Positions 1-10,837 of a stretch of DNA of 64,000 bases are shown one piece after another. Source of the stretch: a virus. Position 1 is the stretch's first letter. Every line of letters begins with the position of its first letter. The translations under genes were made by a program, and so were the position numbers. A model generated the notes under the pieces. It did not search any database and was not told where the DNA came from. It saw only the letters and a list, made by a program, of their open reading frames with translations. The stretch lies in IMG/VR virus record IMGVR_UViG_3300043446_003513, positions 1 to 64,000 of that record; one strand, written 5' to 3'.

Positions 1-829
1 TCTCTTCGACTGGTGCTAATGTTTCTGTGTTTTCTGACACTTCATTACCTCCTTCTGCGTTTGCCTGTTTTGCAATTATTTGTGTATCAGGCAACGTTAA
101 TCTTGATTTCTTAAACGAATCAAGAATTCTTTCTACTTCATTTGATTTGTTAACATCTGATTTTTCTACCCAACCGATTATTACTGCTGGTTTTCCAGAT
201 ACTGGAGACTCAAAAGTTTTTTCAGTAGATAGAAAAACAGAATTACTTTCTTCACAATAAAAAATGTTTTCAGTTACAACTTCAGCAGCCATACCTTTAA
301 ACATCATTTGTCCGCCAACTTTTTCAATTGAAAAAATATTGCAAAGCTCGTTTGCTGGAGAGTCAACAATTGAAAGTTCTACAAGCTCGTAATCTTTAAT
401 GAATCTAACTGTTTCGCCTGTTGCCTTGTTAACTTCATTCTCTGACTCTTTTATCTTACCGCCAATTGAAAAACCAGTAAGTGTGCCATCAAGCACTTTT
501 TCCCAAGTATCTTGTGCGCCCTTGGAAATGTAAGATGTTACATAAACGCCATTATAAAATTGCTTTGTCTTTTGATCATAGTATGTTTCTGGTTTAAAAG
601 AAACAACCTTGCCAACTGCAATTGGCTGATGCATCTCTCTAAGATTTCCTCTAAAGTTTTCAAATGCTTTGAGGCTTGCCTCTGCAGTAACAAGGTCTCC
701 AGTCTGATCTAAGTTGTCTAGAGTAGCGAAACCTGATACAGTTCGCTTTTCTTTGTTTACCTTAGTAAAAGGAACGGAGAGATGAAGATTTTCTCCGTTG
801 CTTGACCAGTGAGACTTTTCAATATTCAT
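1..829 (-). CDS. Prohead (capsid maturation) protease, runs off the left edge
   Basis: Manual translation from ATG at 829: MNIEKSHWSSNGENLHLSVPFTKVNKEKRTVSGFATLDNLDQTGDLV...NLREMHQP...LTGFSIGG. The EMH and GFSIGG motifs fit HK97/XkdF-type proteases; lies downstream of portal. Not in the ORF track. Confidence 0.8.
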   Translation of the reverse strand, partial: MNIEKSHWSSNGENLHLSVPFTKVNKEKRTVSGFATLDNLDQTGDLVTAEASLKAFENFRGNLREMHQPIAVGKVVSFKPETYYDQKTKQFYNGVYVTSYISKGAQDTWEKVLDGTLTGFSIGGKIKESENEVNKATGETVRFIKDYELVELSIVDSPANELCNIFSIEKVGGQMMFKGMAAEVVTENIFYCEESNSVFLSTEKTFESPVSGKPAVIIGWVEKSDVNKSNEVERILDSFKKSRLTLPDTQIIAKQANAEGGNEVSENTETLAPVEE

Positions 830-893
830 ATGGTTAATTTTATCTATATGTAGATAAAAAGGCAAATAGTAGTTGATTAGGACTTAGGATTAA

Positions 894-1532
894 TTAGGCC
901 TTATAGTCATTAAAATATTTTTCTTTCCATAGTTTTCCTATTTCAGAATTTAAAAAATCTTGTGAAGAGTGCACTGCTTTTTCCCTTAAAATACCCAATT
1001 CCTCACCAGATATTGTGTCATTAGGTTTATTTTTATCGTAAATTACAAAAGTTATAGTTCTTTTATTATTACCCTTTACTGGTAATGCTCCGTGGGGAAT
1101 ACCAGATGTATGTAATACTAAATCTCCTTTTTTAGGTTGAACCCATGTATTATTTGTTGGATAAAACAGGGCTCCGCCATCCATGTCAGAAAGGTAAATT
1201 ACTCCTGCCCATGCTTTTTTCATTGGAGTATCATCTGGAGCCTCGTCGTCTCTATGTACAGCAAACCATACTCCGTCTGGGACGTGCCAATGCAAAAACG
1301 ATTTTATTTCAAATTCTGTATTACAAAAAAAATTATTTACGGAATCTATAACCCGTTGATCCATTTTCCCGCCGAGTAGTTCTATTCCGTCTATTTCTCT
1401 TACATATTTATTTTCATCTTGTGATAAATTCCAAGATTCTTGAAAAACTTGATCGGAAATTTCTGGACTCAAAAACGATCTCCAAACATAGGCTTCGTCA
1501 TTTATTTTTTCAAGATTGCTTGTGTCAAACAT
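894..1532 (-). CDS. 2OG-Fe(II) oxygenase (P4Hc-like), inserted between portal and protease
   Basis: HRD...YL..MDGGALFYP...PKKGDLV...PHG...KR motif set. Confidence 0.85.
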   Translation of the reverse strand: MFDTSNLEKINDEAYVWRSFLSPEISDQVFQESWNLSQDENKYVREIDGIELLGGKMDQRVIDSVNNFFCNTEFEIKSFLHWHVPDGVWFAVHRDDEAPDDTPMKKAWAGVIYLSDMDGGALFYPTNNTWVQPKKGDLVLHTSGIPHGALPVKGNNKRTITFVIYDKNKPNDTISGEELGILREKAVHSSQDFLNSEIGKLWKEKYFNDYKA

Positions 1533-1539
1533 TTTAACT

Positions 1540-3120
1540 TTAGTCTACTTGACTTCCGTCCCCTTTTGCATTTCTACCTTCTCCAGAAATATCTGGAGAA
1601 TTATTTTGTCTTTCCTGAGATCTTTGTCTGGTATTTCCAGCCTGAGCCCTTACCTCCGCTTGCTGTTGAGGTTTTAATTGTACAACTTCGTCTCCTCCAT
1701 CGAGGGGGATCATTCCCTTTCTAATTCTAACCTCATTTGGAGTAATTACTTGCATACGCAAATATCTTTCATCAATTTTTGACTGAGTATCTTCATCAGT
1801 AAGACTTAATTCATTAAATTTAATAACTAATGCGTCTGTCTTTTCTTCAATAATTTTATTTATTTTTTTCTCAAATTTCATTTGAGCTGGTCTGCAAACC
1901 TGTTCTTTAAATGTTTTATCGGCATCTCTAGCGACTGCTAAATTTACGCCTTCTGGGGTTCCAATTTTATTAATAGGGACTCTGTGTGCCAGTAGAATTT
2001 CATCCCTATTTGCTTTTCTATAAATATTAAATGAGGACTCTTGCGGATTTGCTTCCACTGGCTCCATTTTAAATTCAACCTTTGAGTCTGGAGTATCTGC
2101 TGGAAGTGGAATATATAGCGACCTGTGATTTTTACCCTTTAATCCAACCTGAAAAAACTCTAAAAGCTTACGCTCAGATTCAGGTGAAAGCTTTGCACCC
2201 TTAACTGTAATAATATATCTAGGAACAGCTTTATTCTCAAAATAGTCTAGATTATATTTGCCAGAAAGCTCGTTGCCAGCTAAAGCTATTTGTGCTGCAA
2301 TTACATCTGGGATTCCATAATAATTATTCATAGGGGTATACTTTTTAAAATGAATAATTTCATTTGGTCTATCTGTTCCGCCAGAAATTGGATTTTCTGT
2401 TTCTTGATCTCCAAAGTTTCTGAAGAATACAGCCTTGCCATAAAGCAACTGAATAAATCCATCACGTAAACGGCGAACCCTCATGGTCTTTGCTGGAATG
2501 TGTCCAATATATCCAATGTCACCACGAACTGTTCTTCCTATTTCAAGGAATCCGTTACCAGTTGCCTCATAGTCTGTAAAAACCTTAATTAATGTTTCTG
2601 TAAATGTATCTTCATCATTTGTTGAATCCAACCATTCTTGAAGATCTTGTCTGAGCTTCCCAAGCTTTCTTCTTGCTCTCTCTAATTGTTTTTCATCAGT
2701 GATCGCATCAATTGCGTCGTTTGTTTTTCTTGTTTCTAAAAATGAATATCCAAGTCCTACTGTATTAGCAACTTTGGCATTAATTGCTGCATAGTTATAT
2801 GTTGATACTTCATAAATCTTAGATAAATATTCCATATTGTATACTGGCTGAACAAGGTCGAACATTGCATAACCAGTAACAGCCTGTTGTAGTAAATTCT
2901 GCTGTGTTCCAGTTCCATCAATTCCAGTAAATGCTTTTGAAAACTCTCTACCAATTTTACGTCTAAATGCTGGACTTAAATTCTTTAATTTTTTAATTCC
3001 ATCTAAATCAATATTAAATGGGTCATCATGCTCTTCTTGTTTTTTAATGTGGAAAAAATCGCTAGAATTTAAAACAGAAACATCGTCGTTTTTTTCAAAC
3101 TCTTCTTCTATAAATTCCAT
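1540..3120 (-). CDS. Portal protein
   Basis: 526 aa; GNGFLEI, NEIIHF..Y.P..YYGIP, YFENKAVPRYII, EILLAHRVP..IG and ITPNEVR...G..PL.GGD motifs. Confidence 0.92.
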   Translation of the reverse strand: MEFIEEEFEKNDDVSVLNSSDFFHIKKQEEHDDPFNIDLDGIKKLKNLSPAFRRKIGREFSKAFTGIDGTGTQQNLLQQAVTGYAMFDLVQPVYNMEYLSKIYEVSTYNYAAINAKVANTVGLGYSFLETRKTNDAIDAITDEKQLERARRKLGKLRQDLQEWLDSTNDEDTFTETLIKVFTDYEATGNGFLEIGRTVRGDIGYIGHIPAKTMRVRRLRDGFIQLLYGKAVFFRNFGDQETENPISGGTDRPNEIIHFKKYTPMNNYYGIPDVIAAQIALAGNELSGKYNLDYFENKAVPRYIITVKGAKLSPESERKLLEFFQVGLKGKNHRSLYIPLPADTPDSKVEFKMEPVEANPQESSFNIYRKANRDEILLAHRVPINKIGTPEGVNLAVARDADKTFKEQVCRPAQMKFEKKINKIIEEKTDALVIKFNELSLTDEDTQSKIDERYLRMQVITPNEVRIRKGMIPLDGGDEVVQLKPQQQAEVRAQAGNTRQRSQERQNNSPDISGEGRNAKGDGSQVD

Positions 3121-3449
3121 TATCTTTTCCTCATTTCATCTTTATAATTTCCAATATCTAGTGGGTCTGGAACTAAACCCCACTCAAGTCTTTTTTGCTG
3201 TAGTTCAAATTCCTCGTCGTCAATCTTTCTTCTTCCAGAAAGAAATTTAGGTTGACCCTCATTAATTCCATAGGACCTAACTTCTCTGGCTAAAGCATCA
3301 ATTCTAGACCTATTCCCCTTTTTGGAAGTTATCGATAAAAAGTTACCCTCATCATCGCCAATCCATCTTCCGTCTGGCATTTCCCAAACGTATATACCAA
3401 GGGGTGACTCGTCCTCTATTACCCTTGACCCAATTTTATTAATGTCCAT
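3120..3449 (-). CDS. Hypothetical protein coupled to portal
   Basis: 109-aa ORF with stop/start overlap with portal. Confidence 0.7.
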   Translation of the reverse strand: MDINKIGSRVIEDESPLGIYVWEMPDGRWIGDDEGNFLSITSKKGNRSRIDALAREVRSYGINEGQPKFLSGRRKIDDEEFELQQKRLEWGLVPDPLDIGNYKDEMRKR

Positions 3450-3512
3450 AGGATATATATTCTACCATTCTTTTGAGATAAAGTCCAGATTTTGTACCGA
3501 TCGGTGACAAAA

Positions 3513-5342
3513 TTAAGAACTTTGTACTACTAACCAGTCAACATTATCTATTTTGATCTTTTTTTCATCAATTGTTATAACTGGATCAACTAGTATTACC
3601 GAAGGGCTACCTGTCCATAATTTATAATTTGTCTGTATTTCAGAACCGTCTAGGCTATCTTCGTATAGGATAATATTGTTATAAAGATTTTCTGGCCCTG
3701 AATGCAAAGTATTTGGGTTACAGTTTATATAACAGTCTGCGCCAAATTTGGAGTCTAGAACTAGGACCACATGGTGCATTTGTCCTTCGCTAAATACATT
3801 TGAAATATTTGTCTCTGCAGCTTTTTCTATGCCATTTACATAAATCTTTGAAATTCCAGTTTTTGAAATTGTGCCGTCTGTATCCCATGAATATATTGAT
3901 GTTGGTCCAAACGGATAGCCCGCATAAACCAGGGTGCATTTATTTAAAGATATTGGAGTAAAAAACATTTCAATTGTTTGATACTTTAAACTTATATCTA
4001 TTGTTGATAGAATAAAGCCATCTATACATCTTACCCCATTATTATTGTGCCTTGAAAGAGTTGGATAGTTTAATGTTCCATAACTAATATCTGCTGTTGA
4101 AGATATTGATCCACCTGTAAAATATATTTTTCCTCCGCCATTATCAGAGTATAACTCTTTATTTTTATAAAAGACAATAGAAAGAAATGAAAACTCTGGA
4201 CTATATACCTCTCCATATTTTAATGAACTCATTGTTATTTTAATATAAAGAAATCCAGTTGTTGAGTATGATCCTCTTCTATATTGAGGTATTACTCCGC
4301 CATTATCACATATTTCATATGTTTGTCCATCATCACTTGTTTCTACTTTAATATTAGAATCTCCACGCCATTCTATTTTTGAAGTAGTTCCAATTCCTTC
4401 TGGAACAATAACAAAATCTTCTAAAACAATATCATACCCTTCGGTTAAAGTGTCATAAAATTTTAAACTTTTATTAGATAAGTCATAATAAATATAATTT
4501 GAATTATCACTGTTTATAAATGATTGCAAGGGCTTGTCTGCTGGATAGGTATAAATAAAACTTTCGTACAACTTTCCAGCATTTAAATCAAAAACTTTTC
4601 CGTTATTTTTTTTAGCAACTTGATTTAAATTAATTTGAGTATTGCCATCTATGTAATGAGATAAAATAGTTTGGTTTGTTAATGAGTATCTATAAAGAGC
4701 TACTGCATTAACTATGCATTTTACATCTGGATTAATCTCTAAAGATACTGCTGGATAATCTGATATTGGGGTTCCATAAAATTTAAAATCGTTTGGAAGG
4801 CTTGTTGTTTGTGTAAGCATTCCGTCTACATATAAAGATATACTGTCAACATTATAAACAGCAACAACATGAATTGCTTTTTTTGAATAATTTAAATAAC
4901 TTTTAGTTTCATAATAAGAATAATTATTTGATGAGTAAACCCCAAAAGCTAGGTGCCCTCTATTAACATAAATTACAAATCTGGGATCTACATAAGAATC
5001 TCGAATTATTAAACATTGATCTAACGAAGAAACCTCATTTAATGAAACCCAGAATTCTAAAGAAAATGGATTGTCTGACGTGCTGTATGTTCCAAAAAAT
5101 CCTTCGCTTTCTTTACCCGTGTAATCATTTAGTGGGCTTAATGTAACATAATTAGTTGGAGGATTAATCAATTTTCCTTCTCCGCTAATTGGTACCAAAG
5201 GGGGTAGATTATGAATAAACGATCCTTCATATGTGCCGTGGTTTCCTGCTCCAGAAATATCATATGCTACAGATCCAGAAGTTTCATTTAGAGGCCAAAA
5301 CCCGACTGGGTAGTCTCTCATTACCTTAAGTTGATAAGACAT
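3513..5342 (-). CDS. LamG/concanavalin A-like domain virion protein
   Basis: PVGFWPLNETSGSVAYDISG..NHGTY, FSLEFW, HVVAVY....SLYVDG and VALYRYSL are typical LamG motifs. Confidence 0.75.
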   Translation of the reverse strand: MSYQLKVMRDYPVGFWPLNETSGSVAYDISGAGNHGTYEGSFIHNLPPLVPISGEGKLINPPTNYVTLSPLNDYTGKESEGFFGTYSTSDNPFSLEFWVSLNEVSSLDQCLIIRDSYVDPRFVIYVNRGHLAFGVYSSNNYSYYETKSYLNYSKKAIHVVAVYNVDSISLYVDGMLTQTTSLPNDFKFYGTPISDYPAVSLEINPDVKCIVNAVALYRYSLTNQTILSHYIDGNTQINLNQVAKKNNGKVFDLNAGKLYESFIYTYPADKPLQSFINSDNSNYIYYDLSNKSLKFYDTLTEGYDIVLEDFVIVPEGIGTTSKIEWRGDSNIKVETSDDGQTYEICDNGGVIPQYRRGSYSTTGFLYIKITMSSLKYGEVYSPEFSFLSIVFYKNKELYSDNGGGKIYFTGGSISSTADISYGTLNYPTLSRHNNNGVRCIDGFILSTIDISLKYQTIEMFFTPISLNKCTLVYAGYPFGPTSIYSWDTDGTISKTGISKIYVNGIEKAAETNISNVFSEGQMHHVVLVLDSKFGADCYINCNPNTLHSGPENLYNNIILYEDSLDGSEIQTNYKLWTGSPSVILVDPVITIDEKKIKIDNVDWLVVQSS

Positions 5343-5359
5343 AATACTTTATTATAGCA

Positions 5360-5908
5360 CTATCCTTGTACAGTTCCAATTAAATACCTTGTTCCGTGTG
5401 TTATTGGAAGCACTAAATGGTCATATGCATAACAAGCTGGGAAAATGACTATTTGATCTTTTGCTGGTTTTATTTCAATATCAAATCTTGGAAACTGTAT
5501 TTCCCCACCCTCGTAATCATCATTAGGATAGTATAAGGTAGAAGACCTATATGGCTTTTCATCATCTTGATCATCAAAATGCCTAAACATGTGATTATTA
5601 TTTGAATATTTTGCTATCCAAACATAATGTCTTTTAAAGTTTATTATTTTTCTTGGAGTATGAAAATCTAAAAAATAATCTGATTCAATTTTTGAAAATT
5701 TTTTATCAAAATATTCAAAAATTTCTCTATAGCCCTCTTCTCCATCTGGATAAAATGTCATGTGAGAAGGTTCGTTTTCTTGTTCAATCCAATTTATTTT
5801 ACCCTGTTCAACATAATCTAAAATAAACCTCAGTCCATCTTTAAGTTCTGGAGCTATGGCAGAATATATTCCTGGAGCTAAAATTTCAAATTGTTTAAAT
5901 TTTTTCAT
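5360..5908 (-). CDS. 2OG-Fe(II) oxygenase (prolyl 4-hydroxylase-like)
   Basis: HFD, NDDYEGGEIQFP, IFP..Y.YDH.V.P...GTRY. Confidence 0.88.
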   Translation of the reverse strand: MKKFKQFEILAPGIYSAIAPELKDGLRFILDYVEQGKINWIEQENEPSHMTFYPDGEEGYREIFEYFDKKFSKIESDYFLDFHTPRKIINFKRHYVWIAKYSNNNHMFRHFDDQDDEKPYRSSTLYYPNDDYEGGEIQFPRFDIEIKPAKDQIVIFPACYAYDHLVLPITHGTRYLIGTVQG

Positions 5909-5914
5909 ATAGTT

Positions 5915-6505
5915 TTATTCTTTAAATCTAAGATGCAAAACAAGGCAGGATCTTTCTCCTGAAATCAAATCATTAACAGAATGTAGTGTGTGTCCATCAA
6001 AACATACAATGCTACCAGTGCTTGGCTTATAAAACTTTTTATTTTCTTTTACATCTTGATCTACATTATAAAATATAATTTCTCCACCTTCAAAGTTGTC
6101 ATTTAGATAAAGAACTGCTGTATATATTTTCCCACCCTCTCCATACTGATCACAGTGTGGCTCCATGCCTTTAAAAACTTTTTCTTTTGAATTAAGGCAT
6201 TTATAATGCATGGTCTCATATATAATTTCTGAATCTTTAAAATTAAATACATGACACATGTTTTTGCCTATTAAATTAAAAATGTCATATATTAATGAAT
6301 TTTGTAATTCTTTTTTTTCTAAAAAATCAAGCAAGTAAAAAATATCTTCGGTGTAACCCATGCAAATCGAGTTTTCGCCATCCTCTTTGTTAACAAAAAT
6401 TAAACACTGGCCATTGTGATCAATTAAACCTGATTCTTTCATGTAAGAGTCTATATAATTACACATTTCCTTATTAATAAAATTTTCAATTATTTTGGGT
6501 TTCAT
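5915..6505 (-). CDS. 2OG-Fe(II) oxygenase
   Basis: PHCD, YLNDNFEGGEIIF, LHSV, GER. Confidence 0.88.
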   Translation of the reverse strand: MKPKIIENFINKEMCNYIDSYMKESGLIDHNGQCLIFVNKEDGENSICMGYTEDIFYLLDFLEKKELQNSLIYDIFNLIGKNMCHVFNFKDSEIIYETMHYKCLNSKEKVFKGMEPHCDQYGEGGKIYTAVLYLNDNFEGGEIIFYNVDQDVKENKKFYKPSTGSIVCFDGHTLHSVNDLISGERSCLVLHLRFKE

Positions 6506-6562
6506 TAAACCCTCCTTTATTAAATAAATTTAACTATTTAAATTATATCACAAATTTATATT

Positions 6563-7186
6563 TTAAATAATCCAATGAGCGTTATAGATATATTTATTCC
6601 CCGATGTTATAGGAAGCGCCTGATGGATATATGGCTCTTGAGATGGAAACATTACTAAACTACCAGCTTTTGGTTTTAATTTAACATCGTGATTTGGAAA
6701 AACTAATTCTCCACCCTCATAGTCATCGTTTATGTATGTAACCAATGAAAATCTTAAAAATGAATCGCCATCTTGACCGTCATAATGCGGACCCATTCCC
6801 TGGCCAGTATAATATTTTTTTAAAGTAATATGAGAAAGATCTAAATTAATTTCATTTTTATCTGTTCCAGTAACTTCACAGTATCTTGCTGCACACATCT
6901 CTGGAGCCATATATATACTGTTTAAAATATAAAGAGTATTTTTATCTAGAAGATCATCACCTGTAGATAAAGAAAGCCTATCTTTTACAAGATTTTTTCT
7001 ATCTCCGTAGTGATAAGATTTATCATTACTTGCATACCAAGGTTCCCATTTTGGAATTCTAATATAAGTTTTTGGAATTTCATCTAGCTTATTTAAAAGA
7101 TCCAAGAACTCTTTTTCATAACTAATTACATTTTCAAAATAAAAAATACCTTTATTTTCAAACTTCAGGTCAAACATACTATACAT
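6563..7186 (-). CDS. 2OG-Fe(II) oxygenase
   Basis: MGPHYD, YINDDYEGGELVFP, KPKAGSLVMFPS..PYIH, GNKY. Confidence 0.9.
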   Translation of the reverse strand: MYSMFDLKFENKGIFYFENVISYEKEFLDLLNKLDEIPKTYIRIPKWEPWYASNDKSYHYGDRKNLVKDRLSLSTGDDLLDKNTLYILNSIYMAPEMCAARYCEVTGTDKNEINLDLSHITLKKYYTGQGMGPHYDGQDGDSFLRFSLVTYINDDYEGGELVFPNHDVKLKPKAGSLVMFPSQEPYIHQALPITSGNKYIYNAHWII

Positions 7187-7919
7187 CTATGTTTCCTTCT
7201 TTCGCAAGTTCGGCTGGATACTCTCCACCTTTTGGAGAAAGCCTTTTACCAGAAAGCCTTATCTTTTCCCATTCTGCTTGTTCTACTTTTTGTTTTGCCC
7301 TTGTTTCAGCAATCTCTTCAGCCCAAGCATCTCTGGTCTCCTGACTATAAGCTTCTTCTGGACGATCATCCCAAAAAGATCCTATCGTATACCTGTCTCC
7401 CTTTTTAACAACAGATACTTCATGCATATTGTGTCCTCCGCCAGCAAATATCACAAATAATCCTGGCTTTGGTTTAATAGATATTGGGTCATCTTTAAAG
7501 TTTAATTCCCCTCCTTCAAAATCATCATTTAAATAAATAAATCCAGCATATCTGCTTCTTTCAAAAGCACTCGGTTTTCCGTCATAACTATTATCTGAAT
7601 GAAATCCTGCAAAAGCTCCTGGTATCCATTTTTGAGTATGGAAACTAATTTTATGTGCTTCTCCACCTATTAAACTTTCTGCTGCAGACTTAACTCTTTT
7701 TTCAAGTTCTTCAAAAAAATTGCCTGGCAAATTAAATAATGCTAAATCAGGATCGTTTGGATAAGGATAACCAGAAGAATAAGATTCATAAAAGGATATC
7801 GGATGCCAACTAAATTCATTTTTTTGAACTTTGTATTCTAAAACCTTAATTATAGAGTCACATTCTTCTTTAGTTAAAAAATTATCATAGCATATGATAT
7901 CCGCTTTGAGCTTGTTCAT
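7179..7919 (-). CDS. 2OG-Fe(II) oxygenase
   Basis: FHSD, YLNDDFEGGELNF, NMHEV, GDRYT. Confidence 0.9.
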   Translation of the reverse strand: MNKLKADIICYDNFLTKEECDSIIKVLEYKVQKNEFSWHPISFYESYSSGYPYPNDPDLALFNLPGNFFEELEKRVKSAAESLIGGEAHKISFHTQKWIPGAFAGFHSDNSYDGKPSAFERSRYAGFIYLNDDFEGGELNFKDDPISIKPKPGLFVIFAGGGHNMHEVSVVKKGDRYTIGSFWDDRPEEAYSQETRDAWAEEIAETRAKQKVEQAEWEKIRLSGKRLSPKGGEYPAELAKEGNIDV

Positions 7920-8718
7920 GCGTTATCCTTTCTCCATTATGTAGGTAAACCATATTTTTTGGATCTTCTTGATCAATTCTTTCTTCTTCCATTCTTGCCC
8001 ATCTATATGCGCCAAACCTTCTCTGATTGTCTAGCCATTCATCTGAACCTGCATATGGAACCATAACAAAATTTCTAACAAAAAACTTGTATCCGTTTTC
8101 AATTAATTTAACTCCATGATAATACGGTTCTCCAGAAGGAAATATTACAATATCTCCAGCTTTTGGTTTATGGTTTATTAACTTATTATCAACAAAAAAT
8201 TCTATGTCTCCGCCATCATAATCATCATTAATATACATTGTACAGGTAATAAAAAATTTTGGACCAGGCATATCTTTTTGAGAAACAATATAATCTGTAT
8301 GATATTGCATTGTCATTTTATTTTCCATTTTATCTACATTTGGATTATATTTTGAAAAAGAAGAACCACTAAAATATGCATCTTTTGGTAAATCAACATC
8401 ATATTTTTTAACATAATGAGATAAAGATTTTATGTAGGCATCGCTGACAGCTTGTGCAAAATATTTTTCCTCATCATATATCTCACCATATTCTGCTGGA
8501 TCAGAACTTTCTTTATGTTGCGAATACGTTCCAAAAATAGACCATTGATCCCATGTCTTTAAAAAATATTTTCCTTCCGATGAAGCTTCAGATTTTTTCA
8601 TAATTTGATAAAGATTGTCTATGTCTGGAAGAATATTTCTAAAAACAAGAACCCTAGGATATAGTTCTATAACTTCATATTCTGGATTTTCTAAATTAAC
8701 ATCTACTAAATTAATCAT
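7885..8718 (-). CDS. 2OG-Fe(II) oxygenase
   Basis: YHTD, YINDDYDGGDIEF, PYYHGV; start moved to ATG 8718 (ATGA overlap with the upstream stop). Confidence 0.88.
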   Translation of the reverse strand: MINLVDVNLENPEYEVIELYPRVLVFRNILPDIDNLYQIMKKSEASSEGKYFLKTWDQWSIFGTYSQHKESSDPAEYGEIYDEEKYFAQAVSDAYIKSLSHYVKKYDVDLPKDAYFSGSSFSKYNPNVDKMENKMTMQYHTDYIVSQKDMPGPKFFITCTMYINDDYDGGDIEFFVDNKLINHKPKAGDIVIFPSGEPYYHGVKLIENGYKFFVRNFVMVPYAGSDEWLDNQRRFGAYRWARMEEERIDQEDPKNMVYLHNGERITHEQAQSGYHML

Positions 8719-9395
8719 GGCTGTCTTTCTCCCGTATGCCTTAATATCGTCCAAAAAAATGGAGATGTAAATCTATTTCCTGACTTTATTGGCCTTACCC
8801 CGTGAACATAATTTTTATCACCAGGGAAAAAATATGCTGCGCCAGCTTTAGGCTTAAACTCTATTCCATGTTGAGGAAAATATAATTCTCCTCCTTCGTA
8901 GTCATCATTAAAATAAAATAAACCAGCTATATCATAATGAGGAAAACTATTTGGCCTACCTCTTTCTTCGCCAATATGAAACTCTTTGTCCGCATGTGGC
9001 TCTTGTCTTGCTCCAATTGGCCACCGAACAATTGCTGGTCCAGTTTCAATAGCATCGACCTCAAAAAATTCATCTACTTTTGGTTTTAATCTTTTTATCA
9101 TATCATAAATTAAATCTAATATAGTTGGGTCAGATTTAACTAATGAAAGGTAAGTACAAACTCTATCTTTCCAAATATTTGCTTGATATAAAACTAAACC
9201 ATCTTCGTCTATATCGTCTTCAGTTGTATCCCAAATTTTATTATTTAAGGCAAAGTCCGTCAGCTTTTTTCTTTCCTCTTCCGTAAGAAAGTTTTCTATT
9301 TCTACTATATTATTTGAAGAATTTCCAAAAAACCCAGATGGCGTTATTGATTTAGGTCTTTTATCAGTTACATCTTCACCATTAATAATCATCAT
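8715..9395 (-). CDS. 2OG-Fe(II) oxygenase
   Basis: PHAD, YFNDDYEGGELYFP, YVHGV, GNRFT. Confidence 0.9.
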   Translation of the reverse strand: MMIINGEDVTDKRPKSITPSGFFGNSSNNIVEIENFLTEEERKKLTDFALNNKIWDTTEDDIDEDGLVLYQANIWKDRVCTYLSLVKSDPTILDLIYDMIKRLKPKVDEFFEVDAIETGPAIVRWPIGARQEPHADKEFHIGEERGRPNSFPHYDIAGLFYFNDDYEGGELYFPQHGIEFKPKAGAAYFFPGDKNYVHGVRPIKSGNRFTSPFFWTILRHTGERQP

Positions 9396-9424
9396 ATTAT
9401 CTCCTCACATAATAATAGCATATC

Positions 9425-10123
9425 TTATATCTCATTAACCTTTAATTTTATTGATTTAGTTTCATGTTGACCTAATTGGTTTCCTTCATGATCTTTTGCG
9501 TCTCTATAAAAATTTGACCACTTGCCTTCTTGGTTTAATTTTACCATTTCTTCAACATATTTTTTATCTAAAAAATAATTTTCTGGAGCCATTCCTCCCG
9601 ACATCAAATTAATTTCTGAATTATTTATTTCTCCAATAGATATAGGAACTATTGCTGATACTGGTGTATTAGCTTTAATTATAATTTCTTTATTTGGTTT
9701 GGTTATTTTCCAGGCGCAAGGGAATTCTCCTCTAAAAAAAGATGTAGTTATTATTGTGCTAAAACATTGTGCGCCATCAATAAATTGATTTGGAACAGGC
9801 ATCTGAAAAAGACTTACATTTGGATCTGTTTTAAAAACTAAACCAGTGTGAAAACTAATTGTAGCATTTGCTCTTCCAGTATCAACATATTTTTCTCCAG
9901 ACAAAATTTTAACATGGCTATCTGAAGAGTCTGAAATTCCATCCCATATAAAAACAATATCTTCTGGATACGACAAGCCCCACCCAAAAGAGTTGGTTAG
10001 AGTTACTGGAAAACATTTATAGGCATGAGCTTCCCATGTTTCATCCATCCAATCTCTTTTTACTGGAAGATTAGATATTATTGCTGGATTATGTCTAATT
10101 TTATATGCGTCAACTTTATACAT
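9425..10123 (-). CDS. DUF6065-like protein inside the oxygenase operon
   Basis: RDWMD...HAYKCFPVTLTN.FGW signature recalled from the DUF6065 family. Confidence 0.65.
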   Translation of the reverse strand: MYKVDAYKIRHNPAIISNLPVKRDWMDETWEAHAYKCFPVTLTNSFGWGLSYPEDIVFIWDGISDSSDSHVKILSGEKYVDTGRANATISFHTGLVFKTDPNVSLFQMPVPNQFIDGAQCFSTIITTSFFRGEFPCAWKITKPNKEIIIKANTPVSAIVPISIGEINNSEINLMSGGMAPENYFLDKKYVEEMVKLNQEGKWSNFYRDAKDHEGNQLGQHETKSIKLKVNEI

Positions 10124-10775
10124 TTTGTTTCGGCATTATTAGTTTATAGAAATCTTCACTGTGACAATTATCATTATAATCAAGCATTGTGACTATGGAG
10201 TACTTTGTTCCGCTAGCAACTGGCATTGCTTTATGAGAAAATAAATATGTTGATGGGAATATATATAAATCTCCTGCTTCTGGAGTAATTTTTAAATCTA
10301 ATTTTGGAAAATATAATTCTCCGCCCTCATAATCATCGTTTGGATATCCTACTAAAGATACAGTGGCAACATAAGAAAATCCATGATCTGCATGTTCTTC
10401 AAAGTGTTGTCCTGGACCATATTTAATAAAATTCATTGCTTCCCAAAAATCCATTTTTATACTATACATGTTACAGTAATCTAAAACTGCTGGAATTTGA
10501 GCATCATAAGCATCTTGCCAAATAGAATTTAAAACCTTTTGTTTTTCTGAAAGAATTAATGATTTATTTTTATTTAGTTTAAAATCAAAACAATCTCTGT
10601 AGCTTGGACGAGTTTCTCCATAGCCCACAAACGCCTGTTCCCATTTACCAAATGGATCATTTTCTATTGCTTTTTCTATTCTATTAATTAAATCTAATTC
10701 TTTTTTAAAGATGTCTTTATACTTCCATATGCCTAAAAACAATTCTTCTTTTGAAGTCCATGACTGTTGATTCAC
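10116..10775 (-). CDS. 2OG-Fe(II) oxygenase
   Basis: KYGPGQHFEEHAD, NDDYEGGELYFP, FPSTYLFSH, GTKYS. Confidence 0.9.
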   Translation of the reverse strand: MNQQSWTSKEELFLGIWKYKDIFKKELDLINRIEKAIENDPFGKWEQAFVGYGETRPSYRDCFDFKLNKNKSLILSEKQKVLNSIWQDAYDAQIPAVLDYCNMYSIKMDFWEAMNFIKYGPGQHFEEHADHGFSYVATVSLVGYPNDDYEGGELYFPKLDLKITPEAGDLYIFPSTYLFSHKAMPVASGTKYSIVTMLDYNDNCHSEDFYKLIMPKQNV

Positions 10776-10837
10776 AAAACGTCCAATCTCTATGTAGAGA
10801 TTATATAATTATATCCAATGTATGTCAAGATGCCAAA